DNA from: Candidatus Woesearchaeota archaeon
Lineage (GTDB): Archaea > Nanobdellota > Nanobdellia > Pacearchaeales > GW2011-AR1
Direction: 5' to 3'
NCBI GenBank assembly: GCA_964530955.1
Contig: CAZHCL010000010.1
Coordinates: 1 to 35,711, forward strand
DNA: 35,711 bases
Part shown: piece after piece, positions 6,384-16,761 of the stretch
How the letters are laid out: each line of letters starts with the position of its first letter
Numbering within the stretch: position 1 is the stretch's first letter
Made by a program: the position numbers and the translations under genes
Notes under the pieces: generated by a model
Told to the model about the DNA's origin: nothing
What the model saw: the letters and a program-made list of their open reading frames with translations, nothing else
Databases searched by the model: none

Positions 6384-8919
6384 ACAAAATAGTAATGGTA
6401 ATGTTAGATTAAAAGTTGTAGAGGCATTGCAGGATGATGCTTACAAAGGCATTGCTAGAATAGATCCTAATTTAATGAAAGCTCTCGGTTTAGGAAGAGG
6501 AGATGTTGTTTCTATAAAAGGAAATAGAGAAACGGTTGCAATAGTTGATAGAGCTTATCCTGCTGATGTTGGAGAAGGAATAATAAGAGTTGATGGTTTA
6601 ATAAGAAGAAATGCAAAAACTGGAGTTGGAGAACTTGTTTCTGTCAAAAAGGCAAATGCAAAGCCTGCTCAGAAAATAATTATTGCTCCTGCACAACAAG
6701 GAATAATGGTTCATGCTGACCCTGAAATGCTTAAAGGAGGGTTACTTGGAAGAGCAGTTGTCAAGGGAGATATAATTTCTTTGGGAGGAGTTCAAAGAAG
6801 AAGAGATTTGATGAGCGAAGGATTCCCAGAACTGTTTGGCGGAGACTTTAATGATTTATTCGGAGGATTTGGATTTTCTGGAATGCAGCAGATAAAGTTT
6901 GTTGTTGTTTCTACTTCTCCGGCTCAGCAATGTGTAATAAGTGAAATTACAGAAGTAAATCTTAATTCTAAGGCGATGGAAGTTAGCGAAGAGACTGCTC
7001 CTGATGTTACCTATGAAGATATTGGAGGATTAACTGAGGAAGTGAGGAAGATAAGAGAAATGGTTGAACTTCCATTAAAGCATCCTGAAATTTTTGATAA
7101 ATTAGGAATAGAACCTCCAAAAGGAGTTATTCTTCATGGTCCTCCTGGAACAGGAAAGACATTGCTTGCAAAAGCAGTTGCAAATGAAAGCGAGGCTAAC
7201 TTTATTTTGCTCAATGGACCTGAAATAATGAGCAAGTTTTATGGAGAGAGTGAAAAAAAAGTAAGAGATATATTTGAAGATGCTGAGAAAAATGCGCCTT
7301 CAATTATATTCATTGATGAAATAGATGCCATCGCCCCTAAGAGGGAAGATGTTCAGGGCGAAGTTGAGAGAAGAGTTGTTTCACAATTGCTTACTATGAT
7401 GGACGGTCTAAAGAGCAGGGGAAGAGTAGTAGTTATCGGAGCTACAAATAGAATTAATTCAATTGACCCTGCATTGAGAAGACCAGGAAGATTTGATAGA
7501 GAAGTTGAAATTTCTGTTCCTGATAAGCACGCAAGATTAAACATACTCAAGATTCATACAAGAAACATGCCAATAGTTCCTCAGGTTAAGAAGAGCTATC
7601 TTGAAAGAAAAATAAATAATTTGACTCAAAGTTTGAAGATATTGGAAGAAGAGTTAAAGAAAATAAGTGATTCTGAAAGGAAAAAGGAAACTGAAAAGAG
7701 AATGGAAGAAATTGACACTCAGCTCTCTTATCTTAAGCCTCTAATGACTCAACTTATTGGAGAAGATAAAAAAGATGAAAAGACATTTAAGAGTTTCCCT
7801 GCTAGAGATCAGGATAATTTGAGATCTATTTTCAAGGAAAGTGCTCTTGAAGATCTTGCTGCAAAGACTCATGGTTTTGTCGGAGCCGACTTAAATGCTT
7901 TGACAAAGGAAGCTGCAATGAATGTTCTAAGGAAAATACTTCCTAGTTTGAAACTTGAAGAGGATAAGGAAATTCCAAAAGAAGTTCTTGATAAAATATT
8001 TATAACTAATGATGATTTTGAAGAGTCATTGAAAGTTGTAAGACCTAGTGCAATGAGAGAAGTTCTTGTTGAAACTCCAAATGTGGGATGGAATGATATT
8101 GGTGGTCTTGATAAGACTAAACAGGCGTTGAAAGAAGCTGTTGAATGGCCTATTCACAGAGCTGACGATTTCAAGAAATTGGGAATAAGAGCTCCTAGAG
8201 GAGTTTTGCTTTATGGACCTCCTGGAACAGGAAAAACCCTACTTGCAAAAGCAGTTGCAAAGGAATCAGAAGCTAATTTCATAAATGTTAAAGGACCTTC
8301 ACTGCTTAGCATGTGGGTTGGAAAGTCTGAGGAAGGAGTAAGAAAAGTATTTGAGAGAGCGAGACAGGTTTCTCCATGTATAATTTTCTTTGATGAAATA
8401 GATGCTCTTGCAGGAAGAAGAGGCGTTGAAGCTGGAACAAAAGTTACTGAAAGAGTTTTGAATCAGCTTCTTGCGGAAATGGATGGACTTGAAGGATTGA
8501 AAGATGTTACTATAATTGCTGCTACAAACAGACCAGATATGCTTGACCCTGCTTTGTTAAGACCAGGAAGATTTGACAGAATAATTCTTGTTGATGTGCC
8601 TGATGCAGAATCCAGAAAGAAAATACTTGAAGTCCATACAAAGAATACTCCTCTCGATAAGGATGTAAACATAAATGAAATAGTCAAGCTTACTGAGGGT
8701 TTTGTTGGAGCAGACATTGAAGGTTTAGTTATTGAAGCTGCTATGAGTGCTTTAAGAGAAAATAGAAAAGTAGTAACCAAAGCAGACTTTAGCGCGTCTC
8801 TTCAAAGAGTGACTCCTTCGGTTTCGATTGATACGGCTAAGAGATACAAGAAGATGGAAGAATATTATCTTAAGAGCGCAAAGGCAGGCGTAGAAGTGGG
8901 ACCGTTATATACTGGTTAA
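6376..8919 (+). CDS. cdc48: CDC48/VAT-family AAA+ ATPase
   Basis: N-domain plus two AAA modules ([15 protein letters not shown] twice, [36 protein letters not shown]). Confidence 0.97.
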   Translation: MIKQNSNGNVRLKVVEALQDDAYKGIARIDPNLMKALGLGRGDVVSIKGNRETVAIVDRAYPADVGEGIIRVDGLIRRNAKTGVGELVSVKKANAKPAQKIIIAPAQQGIMVHADPEMLKGGLLGRAVVKGDIISLGGVQRRRDLMSEGFPELFGGDFNDLFGGFGFSGMQQIKFVVVSTSPAQQCVISEITEVNLNSKAMEVSEETAPDVTYEDIGGLTEEVRKIREMVELPLKHPEIFDKLGIEPPKGVILHGPPGTGKTLLAKAVANESEANFILLNGPEIMSKFYGESEKKVRDIFEDAEKNAPSIIFIDEIDAIAPKREDVQGEVERRVVSQLLTMMDGLKSRGRVVVIGATNRINSIDPALRRPGRFDREVEISVPDKHARLNILKIHTRNMPIVPQVKKSYLERKINNLTQSLKILEEELKKISDSERKKETEKRMEEIDTQLSYLKPLMTQLIGEDKKDEKTFKSFPARDQDNLRSIFKESALEDLAAKTHGFVGADLNALTKEAAMNVLRKILPSLKLEEDKEIPKEVLDKIFITNDDFEESLKVVRPSAMREVLVETPNVGWNDIGGLDKTKQALKEAVEWPIHRADDFKKLGIRAPRGVLLYGPPGTGKTLLAKAVAKESEANFINVKGPSLLSMWVGKSEEGVRKVFERARQVSPCIIFFDEIDALAGRRGVEAGTKVTERVLNQLLAEMDGLEGLKDVTIIAATNRPDMLDPALLRPGRFDRIILVDVPDAESRKKILEVHTKNTPLDKDVNINEIVKLTEGFVGADIEGLVIEAAMSALRENRKVVTKADFSASLQRVTPSVSIDTAKRYKKMEEYYLKSAKAGVEVGPLYTG

Positions 8920-9941
8920 TTTTTAGTAGTAATTATCTTTTCCTTTTCACTCAGAATTATTGTATGCTCTGCTTGTGCAACTTTTCCTTTTCCGGTTTCT
9001 ACAAGCTGAGGGTAATGATGCAAAAGCGAAGCTTCTTCAATTCTTTTTAGAGCTAGCAAGCCTCTCGCCCCGAACTTTTTATATATCCAACGGGAACAGA
9101 ATGGAAGTGTGCTATACTCTTCTTTTATGAATGAAAGAACTTCTCTTGAAAAGCTATCTCTTACATTTCCTTCTTTTTCAAGATGGTAAATTCCAGATAA
9201 TCTGCCATCTCTTACTTCTCCTAATCCATTTGTTGAGAATGGTTCTATTGCAAAAACTCCCTGTCCTATTGGCTTTTGCTGGGAATTATCATAATTTGGT
9301 ATTGTTGTGCCTGCATGAAGATTATACTTTTCTATTGAATGACCTGATAAATTTGAAACCGGCTGGAAATTGAAAGATTTTATATTTCTTTCAATTATTT
9401 TTCCTATTTCTGAGATATTCTTTGAGGCTGAAACATATTCTGTAGCTTCTTTGAGTGCTTTCTCCGCTGATTCTATGAGCTTTCTATTTTCCTCTGAATT
9501 TTCCAAGTCAAGTGAAAATGCAGTATCGGCCACATATCCATCAATATGCACTCCTAAATCAACTTTAAGCAAGCCATGTGCTAATGAGGAATCATTAAAT
9601 GATGGTGTCGAGTGGGCAGCCACTTCATTTATTGAAAGAGTTACTGGAAATGCTGGCTTTCCTCCAAGTTCAATAATTTTTGCTTCTATTTTTTCAGATA
9701 TCTCAATGAGGGGCATGTCTTTTTTTATGAATCCTCTTGCAAATTTTATTGCCTGGACAGCAATTGTTCCCGCTTTTTTCAGTTTTTCTATTTCTTCTTG
9801 GCTAATTTCATCATACTCATCCGATTCTTCTCTGCTTTTCTTGCTTTCTGAGGCAATTTTAGCTTGATTTGTGCTTACATTTTGAAGAGCCTTATTCTTT
9901 AATCCAAATGTGCTTGCTCCTCCATACTGCTTTTCTGTCAT
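8916..9941 (-). CDS. map: type II methionine aminopeptidase
   Basis: AAHSTP, KVDLGVHIDGYVADTA, SGHSI..Y.LHAG, FAIEPF and AQAEHT metal-binding motifs. Confidence 0.95.
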   Translation of the reverse strand: MTEKQYGGASTFGLKNKALQNVSTNQAKIASESKKSREESDEYDEISQEEIEKLKKAGTIAVQAIKFARGFIKKDMPLIEISEKIEAKIIELGGKPAFPVTLSINEVAAHSTPSFNDSSLAHGLLKVDLGVHIDGYVADTAFSLDLENSEENRKLIESAEKALKEATEYVSASKNISEIGKIIERNIKSFNFQPVSNLSGHSIEKYNLHAGTTIPNYDNSQQKPIGQGVFAIEPFSTNGLGEVRDGRLSGIYHLEKEGNVRDSFSREVLSFIKEEYSTLPFCSRWIYKKFGARGLLALKRIEEASLLHHYPQLVETGKGKVAQAEHTIILSEKEKIITTKN

Positions 9942-9978
9942 GGGTTTATGAGAAAATATGAGTTTAAAAAGTGTTTTA

Positions 9979-10431
9979 TTACTTGATTTTCAATCTTCTG
10001 TCTTTTGGGACATAATTAAACAAAGTATTTCCATTTGATCTGCCGCAGCCGAAGAAATCTCCCCTACTTCTTATCGCATATATATTCTGAGGAAGATTTA
10101 GTTCTATGTCATTTCCTCTTATCCAGGCGTGCAATTGCTTTTCATCCAATTCTGCTATGTTTGTCTTTATCTGGGGAGAAAAAAGATGGGTGGCATCAAA
10201 ACTCAATCTGAATTCATTCTCTCTTTTTAATATGTAAAGACCTACCAGTTCTACATTAGCTATATCTTGTATTTTTAGTATTTCTTCTTTTGAAAGTGAG
10301 CCTGAGAATGCTCTTATTCTTTCCTTTCCTGATTCTATTAACAAATAGGGTAAGTCAGTTATTCCAAATTCTTCTTGCAAAGATTTTATTATCTCTCTTT
10401 TCTCAGGCGTTTTTATAAAATGAATGTTCAT
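9979..10431 (-). CDS. NIP7/PUA-like RNA-binding protein associated with the NOP2/RsmF methyltransferase
   Basis: RLSFDATH..., W.RGNDI and DFFGCG...LFNYVPKDRR resemble the RsmF C-terminal/PUA-like module; overlaps the upstream MTase stop by 4 nt. Confidence 0.6.
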   Translation of the reverse strand: MNIHFIKTPEKREIIKSLQEEFGITDLPYLLIESGKERIRAFSGSLSKEEILKIQDIANVELVGLYILKRENEFRLSFDATHLFSPQIKTNIAELDEKQLHAWIRGNDIELNLPQNIYAIRSRGDFFGCGRSNGNTLFNYVPKDRRLKIK

Positions 10432-11387
10432 TCTACTTCCTCCAATAAGGTCATCTTAGAAACAAAAAAGCCTTCACTATCGTTGTCCTGGGGGTAAATT
10501 CTGCAACATTTTTCTACTTCTGCATTATATATATCTTCTCTCCATTTGGTTACTCCTTTCCTGCATTTTAATGGAAGATTTATTGATTCTACTTTTACTG
10601 GGAAATTCTTTAATGCAAAGTCAACTATATCCTCATTTTCTTCCGGGCTATGGGTGCATGTTGAATATACCAATGTTCCGTCTTTCTTTAGGCATTTAAG
10701 AGCAAAGGCCAAAAGTTTCTTCTGCTGTCTTGATAAGTTCTTTAAAACTTTTTCATTCCACATTAGAAATGTTTTTGCGCTTGAACGCAGCGTTCCTTCA
10801 CCAGAGCAGGGAGCGTCAAGAAGTATTTTATCAAATTTTATATTATTTTTTGAAAAGCTTGAGCAAAGACCAATCGCATCATTTTTTGTTACAATTTCAT
10901 TTGTTACTCCACATCTTTCAAGATTTGAGGCAAGTATTGCTATTCTTTCCATTTTCAAGTCGTTTGCAAGCAATGTGCCTTTATTTTCCATTTTTGCTGC
11001 AATTTGAGTTGTCTTTGAGCCAGGTGAAGCGCAAACATCTAGTACAAGCTCTCCAGGTTTAGGGTCAAGAGCAATTACTGACATCATTGATGAAATTTCT
11101 TGGATATAGTAATACCCTAGTACATGTTCCAATGCATTTCCTAACTCTCCAGGCATTAAATCCTGTTCAATCAAAATAATTTCAGGGTAGGGAGCATAAG
11201 GTTGAGTGACTTTCCATCTTTTACTTAGTCTTTCAATAAGTTCATTTGGAGTTATCTTAAGAGTATTGCATCTTATGAAATTTCTAGGTGGAGTATGTAT
11301 TATTTCTGAAAATTTTGCAAAATCTTCCTTATCAGGCATTAAAAGTTCCATTCTGTTTCTGAATCTTTCTTTCATTTCTGGCTTCAT
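10428..11387 (-). CDS. RsmB/NOL1/NOP2/Sun-family RNA m5C methyltransferase
   Basis: YYIQEISSM, VLDVCASPGSKTTQ, ILLDAPCSGEG and VYSTCT (both catalytic Cys present). Confidence 0.95.
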   Translation of the reverse strand: MKPEMKERFRNRMELLMPDKEDFAKFSEIIHTPPRNFIRCNTLKITPNELIERLSKRWKVTQPYAPYPEIILIEQDLMPGELGNALEHVLGYYYIQEISSMMSVIALDPKPGELVLDVCASPGSKTTQIAAKMENKGTLLANDLKMERIAILASNLERCGVTNEIVTKNDAIGLCSSFSKNNIKFDKILLDAPCSGEGTLRSSAKTFLMWNEKVLKNLSRQQKKLLAFALKCLKKDGTLVYSTCTHSPEENEDIVDFALKNFPVKVESINLPLKCRKGVTKWREDIYNAEVEKCCRIYPQDNDSEGFFVSKMTLLEEVE

Positions 11388-11491
11388 GAATTTTAGTCGT
11401 ATTTAGGGGTTTTAAGTCTGGCGGTTTGACTATTTTATTATTTGTTTTATAATACACAAAAAGCTTTAAACTGGAATTATCAGCATTTTTT

Positions 11492-12337
11492 ATGAGATAT
11501 TTTTTAGTTTCAGACATACACGGAAATCTTGAAGCTCTTCAGGCAGTCATGGAAGATATGAATAGGAACTATAAACCTTCTTTTTCAAAAAAAGGTAAGG
11601 ATAGACTTGGCAATCTGGGAGATATTATTGGTTATATACCTAATCCAAATGAGGTTATGGATATTGTTTTCCCTATAGCTAGTTTTAATCTTATTGGCAA
11701 TCATGATATGGCTGTTTCATCCAATGAGTATCAGAGTTTTAATCGAGATGCTCTTTGGGCAATGGAATGGACTTTGAAGACTTTAACTGAGCCAAATCGC
11801 AAGAGGCTTGAGAGTCTTTTTGAAAGCGAGAGGTATACTTATTCACCTGACGGTTTAATATTTTCTCATAGTAATCCCGGCTACCCAAGAAATATGTCTG
11901 AGTATATACAATCAAAAGATGACGCATTCAATCTTTTTTTTGGTCATGGGGGTTTTGCTAGGAAAATTGCTTTTGCAGGCCATATTCATGCTCCTCAGAT
12001 TTATATTTCTAATAGGAATTTAGCTAAAGTTAAAAGTACTAAAGTAATGAATATTATTAGGGAAAAGAAGATTGATTTTATGGATCCATTGAAGACTCCT
12101 GTAGAAAGAGTTGTTAAATCTTTTAATCTTAAAGATGCTTTTTCTTCTTTAGTAGTTATTCCGAGTGTTGGGCAGCCTAGAGATAGATGCCCTCTTTCTG
12201 GTTATGCAGTTTTTGATACTGATACAAAAGTTGTTGATTTAGTTAGGGTCCCTTACGATATTCCCAAGACGCAGGAAAAAATGCGTAGGCTTAATTTTCC
12301 TGAGCATTTGATTCATAGGATTTCGATTGGTAGTTGA
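11492..12337 (+). CDS. calcineurin-like metallophosphoesterase
   Basis: SDIHGN, LGDIIGY, GNHD, SH, GHIH and SVGQPRD motifs. Confidence 0.9.
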   Translation: MRYFLVSDIHGNLEALQAVMEDMNRNYKPSFSKKGKDRLGNLGDIIGYIPNPNEVMDIVFPIASFNLIGNHDMAVSSNEYQSFNRDALWAMEWTLKTLTEPNRKRLESLFESERYTYSPDGLIFSHSNPGYPRNMSEYIQSKDDAFNLFFGHGGFARKIAFAGHIHAPQIYISNRNLAKVKSTKVMNIIREKKIDFMDPLKTPVERVVKSFNLKDAFSSLVVIPSVGQPRDRCPLSGYAVFDTDTKVVDLVRVPYDIPKTQEKMRRLNFPEHLIHRISIGS

Positions 12338-12367
12338 AACCTAAAAAAATAGCTTCAGTAAATGAGA

Positions 12368-12393
12368 GGCGCGAAGCGCCGAACGCGCGCGAC
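12368..12393. repeat. GC-rich mini-hairpin GGCGC-GAA-GCGCC in a convergent intergenic region
   Basis: Perfect 5-bp stem with a GAA loop at 12368-12380, followed by a CG-rich tail, in an otherwise very AT-rich spacer. Confidence 0.5.
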
Positions 12394-12476
12394 ATTAAAC
12401 ATATTTTATTATTTTAAGAAGCCAAAAAGGCTGTTAATATGAATTAAACGAAGCTGTTTGAAGAAGTAAAATTAAA

Positions 12477-13076
12477 TTACTTTCTGTAGATTACAATTGT
12501 ATCTTTATCAGTTCCTTTGGATTCCCAGGCCTTAAGAAAGAGATCTCTTTTAATAGGTAGGTAAGCCATTGGACTTACTATTCCAGGATTATGCACATAA
12601 ACATTTTCATCATCGTAACCAGTGATTGTGAGGAAGTGCCCGCTGAATCCGTCTTTTCCCGCAATTACGAACCAGTTTACTAAGGCGATAGGAATTGAGT
12701 CTTTTGAAACATAATTCAATAGTTTTTTTAGAGACATATTTTTTTCTTGAACTTCAATTTGCATCTCTTTAATTTCATCAGAGAGTTCTTTTAGAATTAT
12801 CTTTGCTTTGTCATGCGAGTATTTCTTGTAATATTCAATGTCGTCTTCTTCAGGATTAAAATTAGTTGTGGAGATAAATTTGGTTTTGAAGCCTAACTTT
12901 TTTGCTGCCCTTGCTATTCCGATTGACCATACTAGACCTGTGTCTATCTGTCTTTCTTCTTCAGAAATTTCTTTGAATGTATGCTCTTCTCCTAGATAAG
13001 CCAGAGCCATTCTTAGGGCGAGTGGACCGCAATCGGTGTCTTTTTCTGATTTGTAAAAGGGTACTTTTATTTTCAT
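12477..13076 (-). CDS. peptidase C39-like (papain-fold) protein
   Basis: DCGPLALRMALAYLG and GHFLTITGYDDENVYVHNPG; Cys and His present, Asn at the usual Asp position. Confidence 0.8.
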   Translation of the reverse strand: MKIKVPFYKSEKDTDCGPLALRMALAYLGEEHTFKEISEEERQIDTGLVWSIGIARAAKKLGFKTKFISTTNFNPEEDDIEYYKKYSHDKAKIILKELSDEIKEMQIEVQEKNMSLKKLLNYVSKDSIPIALVNWFVIAGKDGFSGHFLTITGYDDENVYVHNPGIVSPMAYLPIKRDLFLKAWESKGTDKDTIVIYRK

Positions 13077-13085
13077 AAATATAAA

Positions 13086-13730
13086 TTAAGGATTCTTTCT
13101 TACTACCATGCCTATTCTTGTTAAATTAGTTGGAAAATATTTCATAGAAAGAGGTATAAATGATACTTCATGCCCCATTTCTTCTATAATCTTTTTCATT
13201 TCAGTTAAAGGGATGTTGCTATATTGATATTCATCAGAAGTCAATTTTCCGATAATCCATTCATTCATTTCTAAATTAATTAAATATCTCTTAGGTTTTA
13301 TAAGATCTAATAGTTTTTTTATTGTTTCTTCTTTATTTTTTGAGTAACCTATTGTAGCTCCTACACAAACAATATCAAATGACTCTTTTTCTAGATAATT
13401 TGAAGAGTTATCAAGGAGAGTAACTTTATCAGGGGTAGATATATCGGATATAGCTACAGAAATTTTATCTTTGCTGATTCCCCTTTTTTCAGCATTATGA
13501 ATTGTTTGATACAGAAACTTTTCTAAAATATCTGTAGCAAATAAGGTTGATTTTGGGAACTTTTCTATTAATTGCAAACCAATTACTCCTGTTCCACAGC
13601 CAACTTCTAATATCTTGTTGTTATCTTTTAACTCTAAGTCGAGATCATTTACAAATTTAGATATGGATTTTTCAAAGCCGCAAATTTGCATAACAAACTT
13701 ATATAGTTTGTATATATCTTTTTCAGCCAT
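13086..13730 (-). CDS. class I SAM-dependent methyltransferase
   Basis: ILEVGCGTG motif I, ATDI motif II, FDIV motif IV. Confidence 0.8.
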   Translation of the reverse strand: MAEKDIYKLYKFVMQICGFEKSISKFVNDLDLELKDNNKILEVGCGTGVIGLQLIEKFPKSTLFATDILEKFLYQTIHNAEKRGISKDKISVAISDISTPDKVTLLDNSSNYLEKESFDIVCVGATIGYSKNKEETIKKLLDLIKPKRYLINLEMNEWIIGKLTSDEYQYSNIPLTEMKKIIEEMGHEVSFIPLSMKYFPTNLTRIGMVVRKNP

Positions 13731-13787
13731 GATTACACCTCTTTTCTTACTATTTCATATCAGTTTATTAATCTTGCTGTTGTTTAT

Positions 13788-16127
13788 TTAGAACAATGTT
13801 TTCTGTTTTGTGCCTTTCATGATTTCATCGAAGCTTTCACCAAGAAGGGAAAGAACCTGATTTGCAATGGGCATGATTTGCTTTTGAATATAATGGTCAT
13901 AATCTATTTTGTGCCTTAGCTTTTGGATTGGTTCTGGACCTTCAGTCGTTATATAATATTCAATCGTGTTAGATTCAAGTGAATCAAGCTGTCTCGCAGC
14001 TTTAACATGAGGAGGGGTTGTTTTAGTGTATTCTGCCAAGTCTTTTCTTATTGATTTTCTGTAAATGAGAAGTGAATCCAACTGACCTGCTCTTATTTTC
14101 TTTACATATTCTTTGATAAATTTATCTATGGGCTCTCCGTGGAATGTCTTGGTGAGCAATTCTCTTTGGAAATCTCCTGCTGCTTCAGTCCAGTCTCCTC
14201 TTATCGCTTCCAAACCTACAATTTCAAGAATTTCCTTTCCATCTTCAATCTTTAATCCAGCGTAACGCTTCTTTGCGGCAACGGCTATTTCATCATCTTT
14301 TATTTTTATTCTTGTGTTTGGAAACATAAGTGAAAGATATTGCTTTTCAAACTGAATTTCAAGGAAAGACTCTCTATTGAAGTTGTTTTTTACATACTTT
14401 TTGTAATATTCATTTATTTTGTCCTGAATTTCTTTTCCAAGGGTATGGGCCTTTTCCTTCGTCAATCCAGAGTCTACGAAAACTGAATCTGTGTCGCTGT
14501 ATATTACTTTTTTACTGAATTTTGATTCTATTTCTTTTGCAGTATTCTGAATAATAAATCTTGCAAAAGTAGTTATTGAGTTTGCCATGTTGAAGTCAAA
14601 ATATCTGCAATTTGGAGAGGCGAGAACGCCCCAGAATGAATTCATTATTATTTTAATTGCATAATTTGATAATTCTCTTTTCTCTTTCTTTGCTTGCTCT
14701 CTGGCTGCATGAAGTCTTTTGATTATTACTGGCAGAATTCCATCAGTATTTCTGAAAAACTCATGATTTGGAGATTCAATTGCTCCTTTCTCTGCTTTCT
14801 TCAGATGAGAGGCAGGGTCTATATTAAATGTATTAAGTATTGAGGGATAAAGAGACTTGAAATCAAGAACAAGAATGTTTCTGTATATTCCTGCTTCTGG
14901 AAGTTTGACATATCCTCCGGTTATTTTAGTTTCTTTTTGTGTAAATGTGGTTGTTGGAGAGACTATTTTTCTTTTATGTGCTTCCCTGATGTAAAGAGAA
15001 TCAAATGCAGCCACAGAGGAAGTTATTTTATTGAGTGGCATTCCTGTGAGTTGGGATCTTTCAACAGCAAGGTCTACCATCTTAGTTTCCATCATTATTT
15101 CATAGGCTAGCTGGCAGTCCATGAGATTGTATTCTACCAATCTCTGCTGGTTTTTGCTGAAAAGAGATTCTATTTCCTTATGTCTGTCCTTTCCCTTGAG
15201 AAGTTTTCCTTTTTTTAAGAGTGCTTGTGAAACATCTTCCAACGTATAAGAGTCAAAGCTAGCTGTTTTTATTGATGGTGCTTCTTTTATAAAAGGGTCT
15301 CTTATCATATTTAATGCATCAAGAACCATTCTCCCGGGAACATTTGCTGTAGATGACCTGAAGAAGTTATTTTCTAATCTTAATGTTGCTTCTTCGTTTG
15401 TTCTTCCTATGTTAAATGGTATTTTATGTTTTTTAAATAGGTTTTTCAGAAATGCAAGATCAAAATCAATCATGTTCCAACCAGTTATTATATCGGGGTC
15501 AAATTTTATCAGTTCTTCTTTAAATTTTTCTAGACATTCTTCCTCTGTCTTGCAGGAAACTGCATTTTTGACTTTCTGGGATGAGACAAGAAAGTTTTTT
15601 TCATAATTTTCGGAGTAAAGACCTATACAAAAAAGACTTCCAATGTCTTTTGAGGACTCGGTATCTATTGAAATTATTTTCAGCTTTGGCTTGAAGTCAG
15701 AAGGCTTGACTTGTGCATTTTTGTAAACTCGGTCTATCATTTCTGATGATTCGTAATCGCCGTTTATCTCTAACGAGCCAAGTAGATTCATGTCCATCAT
15801 GAATCTTGAAACTGGTTTAATATCTGATTCATAATTTTCTATTTCCATTTTGTGTAAAAGCGAAGATAATTTGTTAAGTTCTGTTTGGTTTTCAGCACTA
15901 ATTTTTATAACTTCTTTTCCCTCAAAGTTTGAAAAGTCTACATTTTCTGTTTTGAATTTGCTCAGGAGCTTTTTTGCTTTAGGTTCATCTGATTTTTTTA
16001 TGAAGAAATAGGGCTCAAGCCAGTGGATTGAAACAAAAGATTGGTCGTTTTCAAGCCTGCCAAAGAGCCTTATCTGTGTCTTGCCCTCAATATTTTCATA
16101 ATCTGCGTCAACAATAAATCCCTTCAT
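13788..16127 (-). CDS. polB: family B DNA polymerase with 3'-5' exonuclease
   Basis: Exo I/II/III (IDTE, GWNMIDFD, YNLMD), motif A DFKSLYPS, motif B KIIMNSFWG, motif C YSDTDS, KKRYAG. Confidence 0.96.
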   Translation of the reverse strand: MKGFIVDADYENIEGKTQIRLFGRLENDQSFVSIHWLEPYFFIKKSDEPKAKKLLSKFKTENVDFSNFEGKEVIKISAENQTELNKLSSLLHKMEIENYESDIKPVSRFMMDMNLLGSLEINGDYESSEMIDRVYKNAQVKPSDFKPKLKIISIDTESSKDIGSLFCIGLYSENYEKNFLVSSQKVKNAVSCKTEEECLEKFKEELIKFDPDIITGWNMIDFDLAFLKNLFKKHKIPFNIGRTNEEATLRLENNFFRSSTANVPGRMVLDALNMIRDPFIKEAPSIKTASFDSYTLEDVSQALLKKGKLLKGKDRHKEIESLFSKNQQRLVEYNLMDCQLAYEIMMETKMVDLAVERSQLTGMPLNKITSSVAAFDSLYIREAHKRKIVSPTTTFTQKETKITGGYVKLPEAGIYRNILVLDFKSLYPSILNTFNIDPASHLKKAEKGAIESPNHEFFRNTDGILPVIIKRLHAAREQAKKEKRELSNYAIKIIMNSFWGVLASPNCRYFDFNMANSITTFARFIIQNTAKEIESKFSKKVIYSDTDSVFVDSGLTKEKAHTLGKEIQDKINEYYKKYVKNNFNRESFLEIQFEKQYLSLMFPNTRIKIKDDEIAVAAKKRYAGLKIEDGKEILEIVGLEAIRGDWTEAAGDFQRELLTKTFHGEPIDKFIKEYVKKIRAGQLDSLLIYRKSIRKDLAEYTKTTPPHVKAARQLDSLESNTIEYYITTEGPEPIQKLRHKIDYDHYIQKQIMPIANQVLSLLGESFDEIMKGTKQKTLF

Positions 16128-16254
16128 TTTTATCCTAAGATAAAGGTGTTTTATAATTTATCTGTTTGCATTTTTCTCATTTCTTTATTGTATAAAGTCA
16201 TTTCTTAGTAGTGACATATGCAAAGGTTTAAATATCTAGTAACTTGTTCTTATT

Positions 16255-16722
16255 ATGCACCATCACACACATAGAGAGGGCAAACTTGTATTGGGCGTAG
16301 ATAATTTTGTAATTGAAGTAGTTACTACGGTCATTCCTCATGGAAAGGTCAGGTCCGATTTAGGAGATTATTATATTTCTTCTGGTGAACTTAGAACTCA
16401 GGAAACTCCTGGAGCTGAATGGAAAACTACTCTTCCTGTAGGAATTTATTCTCATTCTCGTGAATTTCCCATAGCTAGTTATCATGAATATCTCTCTTAT
16501 GAGCATAAGCCTTCTGCGAGTGAACAACTTGACGATACCAAAAATTGTTTTGGAAACCTCGTAAAAAAACTAAATTCAAGTATGGATTTGTTGGAAGCTA
16601 GGTTTGATGAATCTACTAGTAGAATTACTTTTGGTCAGCCTGAAAGGGATAAAAAACCTAAAAATGTTTCTCATGAGCATGCTGCCAGTCTTTTTGCTGA
16701 AATGTATAAGGCTGCGGTATAA
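16255..16722 (+). CDS. hypothetical protein
   Basis: 155-aa ORF filling the polB-fen gap, preceded by TATA-like TTTAAATA; no recognisable motif. Confidence 0.55.
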   Translation: MHHHTHREGKLVLGVDNFVIEVVTTVIPHGKVRSDLGDYYISSGELRTQETPGAEWKTTLPVGIYSHSREFPIASYHEYLSYEHKPSASEQLDDTKNCFGNLVKKLNSSMDLLEARFDESTSRITFGQPERDKKPKNVSHEHAASLFAEMYKAAV

Positions 16723-16761
16723 AGAGTTAAATATTTAAGATTCTTCTCAATATTATATAAC

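Noticed and set aside
11492-12337. Metallophosphoesterase as the c-di-AMP phosphodiesterase partner of DisA
   Set aside because: It is 19 kb away and belongs to the calcineurin-like SVGQPRD group rather than the DHH or HD families known to degrade c-di-AMP.
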